Positions 19,535 through 28,724 of a stretch of DNA of 64,000 nt are shown here, one piece after another. The first letter of the stretch is position 1; each line of letters begins with the position of its first letter. The stretch is from Nitrospirota bacterium (GTDB lineage Bacteria > Nitrospirota > Nitrospiria > Nitrospirales > Nitrospiraceae). Below the pieces are notes generated by a model, which saw only the letters and a program-made list of their open reading frames with translations, made no database searches and had not been told where the DNA came from. The DNA lies in the NCBI GenBank assembly GCA_963703955.1, contig CAVPGK010000017.1:160001-224000 (forward strand), written 5' to 3'. Position numbers and translations under genes: made by a program.

Positions 19535-19563
19535 TTGCCAAAACGGCATAGCTGTGTTTAATT
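19535..19563 (+). promoter_or_regulatory. Putative sigma-70 promoter for a small RNA
   Basis: TTGCCA-N17-TTAATT with extended TG; predicted start ~19569. Confidence 0.5.
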
Positions 19564-19568
19564 AAACT

Positions 19569-19647
19569 GGGTGGAGGACTTACTTTGGTTGTGCCCCGAA
19601 GTAAGGACGTCTCTCATCCTCCTGTAGAGATGTCCCCTCCACCTTTT
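19569..19647 (+). ncRNA. Candidate structured small RNA (three-way junction, anti-SD loop)
   Basis: P1 GGTGGAGG/CCTCCACC, P2 CTTACTTTGG/CCGAAGTAAG, P3 GACGTCTCT/AGAGATGTC with loop CATCCTCCTGT, then TTTT. Confidence 0.6.
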
Positions 19648-19891
19648 CTCTTCTCCTGATACCCTCTGCTCATCTTGTTCTTGAGGCGCACACGAGCGCT
19701 TACCGGAGCGCAATTGTTGACCTTCCGGCGAACCCCCTGCCGTATATAGAAAGTCAGATCGATGTGGAATGAGGGGAAGGAGGGACCTAGGCTTCTCCGG
19801 TAGATCGAGGATGGTCTCCTAGCCTATGAAATGGGCTGTTCAGAGGAGCACGGTTTGACCAGGTGTCCTGACCCGGAAGAGCCGGCTGGTA

Positions 19892-20896
19892 TCAGAGAGA
19901 GCCTTCACCTTTCAAGTATTTCCGGAATCGGTCCATAAGGTCGGCACCCAGGGTGCCGCCTTCCGGTTTCTTGGTTCCGGGATCGTTGAAGTGTTGCTTG
20001 ATCTCTTCCAAGCGCTTTTCCGCCTGTTCGTTGCCCTGGAGTCGCTTGGTTTTCTGAAGCGCCGTATCGAAGGCGTCAAAGGTGAGCTGGTCATAGCCGA
20101 ATGAGCGGATCCGTTTGACGGCTTTCATCATGGCTTGATTTCGGAACAGCGTCAGGTGTTCCGAGTCGATTTCCTTCAACCCCATCTTTCTCGCACGACG
20201 CTCAGCAGCCTTCCGAATGCCGCTTCGGACAAAATCCGGAGATGTCTGAAGACGTTTCCAGGCTTGGTCCGACCACAGGACGGAACCTTGCGGTGTGTCC
20301 CAAAGCTGCGCCAGAGCCGCTTCATCGATGCGAGTGAGGCCTTGCTCACGAGCCAGGTCCTCAGTATCCCTTCGAAGCATGTCGGTGACGAATTCGAGAG
20401 CGATCGGCGGGGTGTTCCTGATCTTTTCCTTGAGGCGCCCCAGTGCGCCTTTACTCCATTCCATCGACGAGCACGCCTGCTCCTGAATGTCGCCAAGCGC
20501 CTCCACTTTTTCGAACAGCTCCACGTTGACCTCGAGGTGACCCCGCTCCAGGGCGTGCTCTTCGGTAATCTGCCGGATCATGTGCCGCATAAACTCCGGA
20601 ACGGTCTCCAGTCGGGCCTGCGCAGCTGCGGTCCAGGGGACCTTCCCTTTTTCGAGTTGGTCGGCGGCGGTGGCCATTCCGGCCTCACCTCCCATTCGAC
20701 CCATCATTTGGCTCTTGAATTGATCTAGCACCTCGGCGGTTATTTCAGAGTAGCCTAGTTCGCGCGCTTTTTTTTCAGCAAGTCGTCTGACCATACCGCG
20801 AAGAAAGGCAGGGGCACGTTCCATGCGCGCCAGCGCTCCTTCGGTCCAACGAACTTCGGGTTCGGCGGCGTGTTCCTTTGAATCAAAAAGTTTCAT
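19892..20896 (-). CDS. Protein of four tandem PCP_red-like domains
   Basis: Four W(T/S)xxAxxRLxxxPxFxRxxxRxxxExxAxxxG repeats. Confidence 0.8.
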   Translation of the reverse strand: MKLFDSKEHAAEPEVRWTEGALARMERAPAFLRGMVRRLAEKKARELGYSEITAEVLDQFKSQMMGRMGGEAGMATAADQLEKGKVPWTAAAQARLETVPEFMRHMIRQITEEHALERGHLEVNVELFEKVEALGDIQEQACSSMEWSKGALGRLKEKIRNTPPIALEFVTDMLRRDTEDLAREQGLTRIDEAALAQLWDTPQGSVLWSDQAWKRLQTSPDFVRSGIRKAAERRARKMGLKEIDSEHLTLFRNQAMMKAVKRIRSFGYDQLTFDAFDTALQKTKRLQGNEQAEKRLEEIKQHFNDPGTKKPEGGTLGADLMDRFRKYLKGEGSL

Positions 20897-20916
20897 GATC
20901 GACTTTCAGGCGATGG

Positions 20917-21195
20917 CTATTTGTTTAGGAGTGCCTTAAGTTCCTTGCCCGCCTTAAAAAACGGCACTTTCTTGGCAGGTACATTGACTGTCGACCCGGT
21001 CTTGGGGTTGCGTCCTTCTTTCATTCGCCGCGATCGTAATCGGAAGCTCCCGAATCCACGAATTTCGGTCTTATCACCCTTCTGAAGCGAATCCCGAATG
21101 CTGTTGAAAATTGTGTTGACCACGATCTCGATTTGCCGCTTCGTGAGATGTGTGACCTGTTCCGAAACTCGTTCAATGATCTGTGCTTTCGTCAT
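20917..21195 (-). CDS. ihfB: Integration host factor beta / HU family protein
   Basis: MTKAQII, EIRGFGSF, GRNPKTG, PFFKAGKELK; follows rpsA-sppA. Confidence 0.88.
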   Translation of the reverse strand: MTKAQIIERVSEQVTHLTKRQIEIVVNTIFNSIRDSLQKGDKTEIRGFGSFRLRSRRMKEGRNPKTGSTVNVPAKKVPFFKAGKELKALLNK

Positions 21196-21257
21196 GTCGA
21201 TCCTCCTTGCCGATAGCTGTCACAACCGACTCGCGTGCGGCTCGCGGGAGACGGCGA

Positions 21258-22157
21258 TCAGAACGCCATAAGATAATTCAGGGTGACGCCCGTTTCGAAA
21301 CGAATTCTGGGGAGCGCGCCGAGCCGACTTTCGATTAGGTCTCTGATGGAAAACCGCTTTCTGGGCTCGACGACCTTCGGTTCTCCTTCCAGCCCCGTCA
21401 AGTCGGCTGCCAGCTTGATCGCATCGTTCAGGTTACCCAACTCATCCACCAGCTTTGCGTCCTTCGCCTGCCGGCCGGTGAAAATACGTCCATCGGCAAG
21501 CTCTTGCACCTCGGTCAGGCTCAGCGAGCGACCTTCCGCAACGGCCTCAATGAATTGCTTGTGCACGTCGTCCATGACGGACTGCAGTATCCGCCGATCC
21601 CCGGGATTCATAGTCCGAAACGGAGAGCCGATATCCTTGTGCTGCCCGCTCTTGACTACCACGTTCTGCACGCCGATCTTTTTGAGAAGGCCTTCCACGT
21701 TCGCCAGCTCCATGATCACGCCGATGCTGCCGGTGAGCGTGCCGGGGTTGGCAATGATGCGGTCCGTCGCGACGGCGATGTAATACCCCCCGGACGCGGC
21801 CACGGTCCCCATGGAGGCTATGACCGTTTTGTTGTTCGTGTTGCGAACCCGCAAGACGGCATCGTGAATCTCCTGGGATGGCACGACGCCGCCGCCGGGG
21901 CTGTCGATGCGCAGCACAATGGCTTTGACCAGAGGATGGTCCCCATACTTTTTGAGGTCGCTGACCGTCTGTTGTGCGTCCAGAATGACGCCTTCCACGC
22001 GAACGAGCGCGATCCGTTCCTCGCCGGACAGGTCCAGTTCAGGTAGAAGCAGGTTGATCAGCACAAGCAACCCGACCCCGACGAGCAGCGTCCAAAAAAT
22101 GAGCCGTCCTGTACGTCGCCGAGGAGGAGGACCGGAAGTGATCTCGTCGTGCGCCAT
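21258..22157 (-). CDS. sppA: Signal peptide peptidase SppA (S49)
   Basis: IDSPGGG, AASGGYY, TGSIGVI. Confidence 0.93.
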   Translation of the reverse strand: MAHDEITSGPPPRRRTGRLIFWTLLVGVGLLVLINLLLPELDLSGEERIALVRVEGVILDAQQTVSDLKKYGDHPLVKAIVLRIDSPGGGVVPSQEIHDAVLRVRNTNNKTVIASMGTVAASGGYYIAVATDRIIANPGTLTGSIGVIMELANVEGLLKKIGVQNVVVKSGQHKDIGSPFRTMNPGDRRILQSVMDDVHKQFIEAVAEGRSLSLTEVQELADGRIFTGRQAKDAKLVDELGNLNDAIKLAADLTGLEGEPKVVEPRKRFSIRDLIESRLGALPRIRFETGVTLNYLMAF

Positions 22158-22159
22158 GG

Positions 22160-23875
22160 CTATTCGTCTGACTCTGCATCCGCCCGCTTCTTGGTCGTTT
22201 TGGCCGCGCGTCCCAGGCTCTGATCGACGGCGCCCTGAGCCGCGTGGTATTCCTCCACTTGCTTTCGTTCGGAGTCCATCCGATGCTCGCGAAGGCTGAG
22301 CGCGATCTTTCGCTCCTCGCGGTCCGCTTTGATGATTTTTGCCGTGATGTCATCCTGAGGCTTGAACTTCTCTTCGAGCCTCGTGGGCGGCTCGAGTCCC
22401 GTTTCGCTGATGTGAATGAGCCCTTCCACGCCACCATCCAGCTCGACGAACACGCCAAAATCCGTAATCTTCGTGACCTTTCCGGTCGTACTGGCGCCGA
22501 CTTTATATCGTTGGGGGATCTCCTCGTCCCAGGGGTCGCGAGTCAATTGCTTGTAGCCGAGGGAAAGCCGTTCTTTGTCCCTGTCAATTTTGAGGACGAC
22601 AGCCTCCACCTTCTGTCCCTTCTTGAAGACCTCAGAGGGATGCTTAATGTGTTTGGTCCAGGATATATCAGAGATGTGGATGAGCCCGTCGATGCCCTCG
22701 TCCAGGCCGATGAAGGCGCCGAAGTCGGTCAGACTCTTAACTTTGCCCTCGATACGGGTACCCATGGGATACTTGGTTTCGACCATGTCCCACGGGTTTG
22801 GGGCGGTCTGTTTCATCCCCAAGGAAATCTTACGGCTGCCGGAGTCCACATTGAGTACCGCGGCCTCGACCTGATCACCCACCGAGACCAGCCGAGACGG
22901 ATGCCGTACTTCGTGCGTCCATGACATCTCGGAGACGTGCACGAGACCTTCGACACCTGGCTCCAACTCGACAAAGGCGCCGTAGTCGGTCAGACTGACG
23001 ACTTTTCCATTGACGCGGGTCCCGACCTGATATTTGCTGGCCACGTTGCTCCAGGGATCAGCGCTCTTCTGCTTCAGGCCGAGCGAGATGCGTCCGGTGT
23101 CCCTATCATACTTGAGCACCATGACTTCGATCTTATCGCCGACCACGAACAGCTCAGAAGGATGGCCGACGCGCCCCCAGGACATGTCGGTGATGTGCAA
23201 CAGACCGTCGATGCCGCCGAGGTCGATGAAGGCGCCGTACTCGGTAATATTCTTGACAGTGCCCTGGATCAGTTGCCCTTCCTTCAGGGTCGACAATGTG
23301 GTCTGCCGCTTCCGATCACGGGTCTCCTCGAGCAAGACACGTCGAGACACTACGACGTTTCCCCGGCGGTGATTAATCTTGATGATTTTCAACGGAAAGG
23401 TTTTTCCGACCAGCGAGTCGAGATCGCGGACAGGATGCAAATCGATCTGCGAACCGGGCAGGAAAGCCTTAACGCCGATGTCCACCATCATGCCGCCCTT
23501 GATGCGAGAGAGTATCCGCCCATCGACGATTCTTTCCTCTTTGTACGCTTTTTCCAAGTCTTCCCAAACTTTCATCTTGTCCGCTTTTTCCTTGGACAGG
23601 ACGAGGTTGCCCTCCGCATCTTCACGGTCTTCGATATAAACTTGGAGTCGGTCACCGACCTTGATCGCCTGGAGTTCCTCGCTCGAAAACTGGTCCCCCG
23701 GTATGATGCCTTCCGATTTATAGCCGATGTCCACGATCACTTTGTCTTTACCGGTCGCGACCACGTGCCCTTCGATGATCGTGCCTTCCTCGAAGTTGCG
23801 GAAGGTCTCCTCATATAGGGCGGCCAGCGCAACGCGGTCCATCTGTTCCTCAGTCTGCTTCGGCGCCATGTTCAT
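22160..23875 (-). CDS. rpsA: 30S ribosomal protein S1
   Basis: Six S1 domains (YGAFIDLGGIDGLLHITD etc.). Confidence 0.97.
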   Translation of the reverse strand: MNMAPKQTEEQMDRVALAALYEETFRNFEEGTIIEGHVVATGKDKVIVDIGYKSEGIIPGDQFSSEELQAIKVGDRLQVYIEDREDAEGNLVLSKEKADKMKVWEDLEKAYKEERIVDGRILSRIKGGMMVDIGVKAFLPGSQIDLHPVRDLDSLVGKTFPLKIIKINHRRGNVVVSRRVLLEETRDRKRQTTLSTLKEGQLIQGTVKNITEYGAFIDLGGIDGLLHITDMSWGRVGHPSELFVVGDKIEVMVLKYDRDTGRISLGLKQKSADPWSNVASKYQVGTRVNGKVVSLTDYGAFVELEPGVEGLVHVSEMSWTHEVRHPSRLVSVGDQVEAAVLNVDSGSRKISLGMKQTAPNPWDMVETKYPMGTRIEGKVKSLTDFGAFIGLDEGIDGLIHISDISWTKHIKHPSEVFKKGQKVEAVVLKIDRDKERLSLGYKQLTRDPWDEEIPQRYKVGASTTGKVTKITDFGVFVELDGGVEGLIHISETGLEPPTRLEEKFKPQDDITAKIIKADREERKIALSLREHRMDSERKQVEEYHAAQGAVDQSLGRAAKTTKKRADAESDE

Positions 23876-23972
23876 GCCTACGTGTCCAATCCTCCGACGA
23901 CGGTCGGGTGCTGATGGTGAAATGAAGCCGAGCCATTTTCAGCGCTAAATAGCTCGGCTGCCTGACGGTGGC

Positions 23973-24608
23973 TCAATGCGCCGGCGGAGCCACCCGCCCC
24001 GCCTCGGCGACATGCGCCATCACTGTCCGGCTCACGTGTCGATAAAACTCCTTCTTTCCTGCATAGCGTTGTGCGTCAGACGAGAAGTCAATGGGCTTTC
24101 CATAGGTGATTTGCACGGGATGAAATCGCAGCCGGAAAGTCCCCATCGGCAATGCTTCGTAGGTTCCGTCAATGTATGCTGGCACCACGGGGCAGCCGGT
24201 TGCCGCCACGATCGTCCCAATGCCGGGTTTCCCTGGCCGCAATCTTCCGTCCCGTGTTCGAGTGCCCTCTGGATAGATCACCACGATCTTGCCGCTCTTG
24301 ATCAGTTCAATCGCTCTTCCAAACCCCGTCCGGTCCAGTCGATCATGCCGGATCGGAATCCAGCCGAGCCATTGAAGCGTCCAATTCAACCCCGGGATCG
24401 GAAACAGATCCTCGCGGCCGAGAAATGCGACCCGACGCGGAATCCCGCATCCCAGCAAGGGAATGTCCAAGAAGCTGGCGTGATTCGCGGCTACTAGCGC
24501 TCCTCCCTGTTTCGGGATGTTCTCACGTCCGATCGCGCGGTAACGAAAGAACAGGCGCCCCAGCACATTGAACAGCAGCCAGAGAAACCAATAGATCAGC
24601 CCATTCAC
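23973..24608 (-). CDS. plsC: 1-acyl-sn-glycerol-3-phosphate acyltransferase
   Basis: NHASFLD (HxxxxD), YPEGTRT. Confidence 0.9.
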   Translation of the reverse strand: MNGLIYWFLWLLFNVLGRLFFRYRAIGRENIPKQGGALVAANHASFLDIPLLGCGIPRRVAFLGREDLFPIPGLNWTLQWLGWIPIRHDRLDRTGFGRAIELIKSGKIVVIYPEGTRTRDGRLRPGKPGIGTIVAATGCPVVPAYIDGTYEALPMGTFRLRFHPVQITYGKPIDFSSDAQRYAGKKEFYRHVSRTVMAHVAEAGRVAPPAH

Positions 24609-25264
24609 AATTTCGACGCAATAATGGCCAGCATCTGGTCAACAACTTGGCCCACCTCCAGGGCGGACGTATCGATGAAATGGGCATCCGTCGCCCGGGT
24701 CAGCGGAGCCAGTTCGCGAGAGCGATCCCGTGTATCGCGCAGGTGGACCTCTTGTCGGGTCTTATCCAAGGCAACCGCGTGGCCCGCTGTCGTAAGCTCG
24801 ACATGGCGACGTTTCGCACGAACGTCAGCATCGGCATCCAAAAAAAACTTGATGTCCGCAGCGGGAAACACACGAGTACCGATGTCCCTGCCTTCAACCA
24901 CGACGTCTCCGTCCGATCCCATCTCCTGTTGGATTGGAAGGAGCCAGTGTCGTACGGCCGGGATGGCTGAGACAATGGATGCCATCCCACTGATCTCCGC
25001 CGTGCGAATCTCATGCGTAACATCCTGTTCATCTATATAGACACGGGGTGATGCAGGATCCTTATGCATTGTGATGTGCGTGTTTAGCAGCAATTGTGCG
25101 ACAGCAGTATGATCTGATGGCATGACGCCAAACCTTCTTACCTTCCATGTCACAGCGCGGTACAGGGCTCCAGTGTCCAGATAGCGATAGCCCAGACGCG
25201 ATGCGACGAGCTTGGCTGCCGTACTTTTTCCGACACCGGCCGGTCCATCAATGGCAATAATCAG
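24605..25264 (-). CDS. cmk: Cytidylate kinase, apparently with a non-canonical CTG/ATT start
   Basis: In-frame IIAIDGPAGVGKST...YLDTGALYRA lies upstream of the ORF-track GTG; VEGRDIGT; SD GAGGAG at 25269-25274. Confidence 0.92.
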   Translation of the reverse strand: MIIAIDGPAGVGKSTAAKLVASRLGYRYLDTGALYRAVTWKVRRFGVMPSDHTAVAQLLLNTHITMHKDPASPRVYIDEQDVTHEIRTAEISGMASIVSAIPAVRHWLLPIQQEMGSDGDVVVEGRDIGTRVFPAADIKFFLDADADVRAKRRHVELTTAGHAVALDKTRQEVHLRDTRDRSRELAPLTRATDAHFIDTSALEVGQVVDQMLAIIASKL

Positions 25265-25296
25265 GAGGCTCCTCGAGTGCTTGGGTCCGCTGCTTA

Positions 25297-26616
25297 TTAT
25301 AAACTTCGACCAGAATCTGTCAATAATTCCAATCGTTTCGAGTCGAAATCCGGAAACGATGTGTCAATACATGCCGTATTGTCGATCCGTGTTGGCGAGT
25401 CGGCAACCAGGCCAGCGATCGCCACAGACATGGCGACGCGATGGTCGCCATGACTGGCGCACGAAGCGCCGTGAAGCGGTCGGCCGCATGATCCCTGGAT
25501 CACCAGCCCATCCGGCGTTTCGCGAATCGCCACGCCTATCTTTCCCAACTCTGAGGCCATGGTCGCGATCCGATCGCTCTCTTTGATCCGTAACTCTGCT
25601 GCGCCAGTGACAACGGTTTCGCCCTCCGCGACCGCGGCCGCCACGCAGAGGATCGGAAGTTCGTCGATCGTTTGGGGAATCCGGTCTGCTCCGATCCGGA
25701 CCCCGCGCAAGGCATGAGAGTGAACCCGAAGATCCGCCACGGGTTCTCCGGCTTGTTCGCGTTGGTTCAGCAACTGGATGCTGGCCCCCATCTCGGACAG
25801 GATGTGCAGCACGCCGTCCCGGGTGGGATTGATGCCGACGTTTGTAATCGTCACGTCGGATCCATCCAGAATCGATGCGCCCACGACAAAAAATGCCGCG
25901 GCCGAGAGGTCCCCGGGCACCACCAGGTCTGTCACTCCGGACCAGCTCACGGCCGGGCGTCCCTGAAGTGTCACGGTCTGGCCGACGTGCTCAACAGGAA
26001 TGCCGAAATAACGAAACATACGCTCCGTGTGATCTCGTGAACGTCTTGGCTCGGTGATGCAGGTGATACCGTCGGCATACAATCCTGCCAGAAGCAGCGA
26101 GGACTTGACCTGCGCGCTGGCAACGGGGGAAGCGAAATCGATTCCCCGCAGGCGGGCGCCCGTAATTGCCAGCGGCGCCAGTTCTCCGCCTTTTCGGCCT
26201 GTGATCATGCCTCCCATCGCGCGCAGGGGCTTGACCACGCGTCCCATGGGGCGCCGGCGAACGGAGTCATCCCCGGTGAGGATCGTGAAGAAATCCTGGC
26301 CGGCTAAGAGACCGGTGAGGAGTCGGATCCCGGTTCCGGAGTTTCCGCAATCGATCGGTCTCTCAGGTTCTGTCAGCCCCCAGAGGCCTTTGCCGATCAC
26401 ACGCAATTCGGTTGGACGTTCATCGATCGTCACGCCCATCTCGCGAAAAGCCTGTACCGTATGGAGGCAATCTTCGCCGCGACAATGCCCGGTGATGGTT
26501 GTCTCACCATCGGCAAGCGCGCTCAGCATGACAGCGCGATGCGTGATGGATTTGTCCCCGGGGACGGAGATCGTTCCCTTGAGGGGGCCGCCGGGTATGA
26601 TCGTCAACGACGCCAT
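25297..26616 (-). CDS. aroA: EPSP synthase
   Basis: PGDKSITHR, DCGNSGT, SAQVKS, RDHTE, KESDRI, DHRVAM. Confidence 0.96.
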   Translation of the reverse strand: MASLTIIPGGPLKGTISVPGDKSITHRAVMLSALADGETTITGHCRGEDCLHTVQAFREMGVTIDERPTELRVIGKGLWGLTEPERPIDCGNSGTGIRLLTGLLAGQDFFTILTGDDSVRRRPMGRVVKPLRAMGGMITGRKGGELAPLAITGARLRGIDFASPVASAQVKSSLLLAGLYADGITCITEPRRSRDHTERMFRYFGIPVEHVGQTVTLQGRPAVSWSGVTDLVVPGDLSAAAFFVVGASILDGSDVTITNVGINPTRDGVLHILSEMGASIQLLNQREQAGEPVADLRVHSHALRGVRIGADRIPQTIDELPILCVAAAVAEGETVVTGAAELRIKESDRIATMASELGKIGVAIRETPDGLVIQGSCGRPLHGASCASHGDHRVAMSVAIAGLVADSPTRIDNTACIDTSFPDFDSKRLELLTDSGRSL

Positions 26617-26619
26617 CGA

Positions 26620-27498
26620 TTATTTCGTGCTGAGTTGCTCTCTGGCCTGTTTCGCTCGCTCGAGGGTCTTTTCAATTCCGGGGCCATCTCCGTCGGCGAT
26701 GAGCCGTTTTAGGTCTCGGAGCCGAGTTTCGTAGTCATCGATCATGGCCACCAGGTTCTCTTTGTTCCACAAGAAAATGTCCCGCCACATTTCAGGGGAA
26801 CTCGCCGCGATGCGCGTCGTGTCCCGCAGACCGCCGCCGGCGTAGGACAAGAGATCCAGTTCGGGAACGCTCCGTTCCCGAATATCGATCAGAGCGTTGA
26901 CGAGGGAAAATGCCGCCACGTGGGGCAGATGGCTCACGGCCCCCAGCACCCGGTCGTGGAGGAACGGGTCCATCTCGTACACCACGGACCCGGCCTCCTC
27001 CCACAAGTCTCGGACCGTCTGAAGCGCCCGCTTATCCGTTCGTCCGGTCGGAGTGACGATGCAACGTGCTCCTCGAAAGAGGTCAACTGAGCCGGCGGCG
27101 ACGCCCGTCTTCTCCCGTCCGGCAATAGGGTGCGCGCCGACAAAGCGAACCCGATCAGGCAGGATTCGTTCCGCCTGCTCGACAAGCGGTCCCTTGACGC
27201 TCCCCACATCACTGACGATCGCTCCGCTTTGCACCGACGAGCCCCATTCTTTCAAGTGCCGTTCATAGGTATCGACCGGCGTGGCAAGGATAATCAGATC
27301 GGCCTGGCGCACGGCGTCACTGGGATCCGCGACGTATCGATCGATGGCGCCCAGCTCCACCGCCGTCTTCAAATTTTCCATCCGGCGGCCCACCCCCACC
27401 ACTGACGCGGCGAGTCCCTTTCGCTTGAGCACCATGCCGAGCGAGCCGCCGATGAGCCCGACTCCGATAATGACGACGTGTTGAAAATGGACAGCCAT
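26620..27498 (-). CDS. tyrA: Prephenate/arogenate dehydrogenase
   Basis: GVGLIGGS, DVGSVK, HPIAG, SHLPH, DTTRIA. Confidence 0.93.
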   Translation of the reverse strand: MAVHFQHVVIIGVGLIGGSLGMVLKRKGLAASVVGVGRRMENLKTAVELGAIDRYVADPSDAVRQADLIILATPVDTYERHLKEWGSSVQSGAIVSDVGSVKGPLVEQAERILPDRVRFVGAHPIAGREKTGVAAGSVDLFRGARCIVTPTGRTDKRALQTVRDLWEEAGSVVYEMDPFLHDRVLGAVSHLPHVAAFSLVNALIDIRERSVPELDLLSYAGGGLRDTTRIAASSPEMWRDIFLWNKENLVAMIDDYETRLRDLKRLIADGDGPGIEKTLERAKQAREQLSTK

Positions 27499-27622
27499 GT
27501 CTCAAGTAGGCCAAGCCCGAGGACTGAATGCTGAGCCCACACCAGCCTCAAAAAGCGAGTTGAGGTCTTATACGAGCGTCTCCTCGTGTGAGGCGCTGGT
27601 TACTTGCGTGGACCAGTCCTTA

Positions 27623-28636
27623 CTAAATCTCCCGGCCGACCGCCTCCGCGATCTTCTTCAATTCGTGCATCAGTTCCTTGAACTTGGTCGGCTTGATGGA
27701 TTCCTCACCGTCACACAGGGCGCATTCCGGATTGGAATGGACCTCGATGAGGAGACCGTCCGCACCGGCCGCGATCGCCGCCTTGGACATCGGCGCCACC
27801 AGGTTCCACTTGCCGGTCGCGTGACTGGGGTCCACGATCACCGGAAGGTGAGATAACTCCTTCAAAGAAGGGATGGCCGCCAAGTCCAACGTATTTCGGT
27901 ATTGGGTTTCAAAAGTTCTGATGCCACGCTCGCACAACATCACATTGCGGTTTCCCCGAGACATGATGTATTCGGCGGACAAGAGAAACTCTTTGATCGT
28001 GGCGGAAAGCCCACGCTTCAGCAACACTGGCTTGTCGTAGGCGCCCACTTCTTTGAGCAGCTCGAAGTTTTGCATATTGCGCGCACCGATCTGAATGATG
28101 TCGGCCTTTTGCAAGAATAGCTCGATATCCCGGGTGTCGAGGATTTCGCTGACCACCGGAAGTCCGGTTTGCTTCTTGGCTTCCAAGAGATAATCCAGTC
28201 CCTCCCGCCCGACACCTTGGAACGAATAGGGAGACGTGCGGGGTTTGTAGGCGCCTCCGCGCAAGACACTTCCACCACCTGCTTTCACCTCGTGCGCGAT
28301 GCCGACCGTCAATTCCAGCTTTTCGACGGCGCACGGTCCAGCCATAATGACGAGCTTCTTGCCGCCCACCTTGACGCCATCGATTTCGATGACCGTGTTT
28401 TCTTTCTTGAATTCTCGGCTGACGAGCTTCCACGGCGCCAGAATCGGGGTGACGCTCTCGACGCCGGGGAATGCCGTCAGGGGTTGGTTTTGAAGAATGC
28501 GATCATCGCCGATGACACCGATGATCGTGCGTTCCTCGCCCTTGGAGATGTGAGATCTCAATCCCAACTCGCGAAGTCGTTCCAACAAGTGATCGATTTC
28601 TCGTTCAGTGGCCTCGGGCTTTAAGACGATAATCAT
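27623..28636 (-). CDS. aroF: DAHP synthase (type I-beta, N-terminal regulatory domain)
   Basis: AGPCAVE, GGAYKPRTSPY, IGARNMQN, DPSH. Confidence 0.93.
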   Translation of the reverse strand: MIIVLKPEATEREIDHLLERLRELGLRSHISKGEERTIIGVIGDDRILQNQPLTAFPGVESVTPILAPWKLVSREFKKENTVIEIDGVKVGGKKLVIMAGPCAVEKLELTVGIAHEVKAGGGSVLRGGAYKPRTSPYSFQGVGREGLDYLLEAKKQTGLPVVSEILDTRDIELFLQKADIIQIGARNMQNFELLKEVGAYDKPVLLKRGLSATIKEFLLSAEYIMSRGNRNVMLCERGIRTFETQYRNTLDLAAIPSLKELSHLPVIVDPSHATGKWNLVAPMSKAAIAAGADGLLIEVHSNPECALCDGEESIKPTKFKELMHELKKIAEAVGREI

Positions 28637-28724
28637 GATGTCTCTTGCTCCTTACTCTGTGTTTCACGCACCCGGCCTGGGCTATCCGGAGCAGGGTCTG
28701 CGTCGTGCATCCGCCCCGCGCACG

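Noticed and set aside
19892..20896. Photosynthesis (protochlorophyllide reductase) gene
   Set aside because: Only the short PCP_red-like repeat is present, with no nitrogenase-like catalytic domain
22244..23818. Long + strand ORFs opposite rpsA (and similar shadow ORFs opposite other genes)
   Set aside because: Antisense shadows typical of GC-rich coding DNA, with no motifs
27500..27622. Multi-hairpin spacer between aroF and tyrA as an attenuator
   Set aside because: No leader peptide with aromatic codons and no U tract
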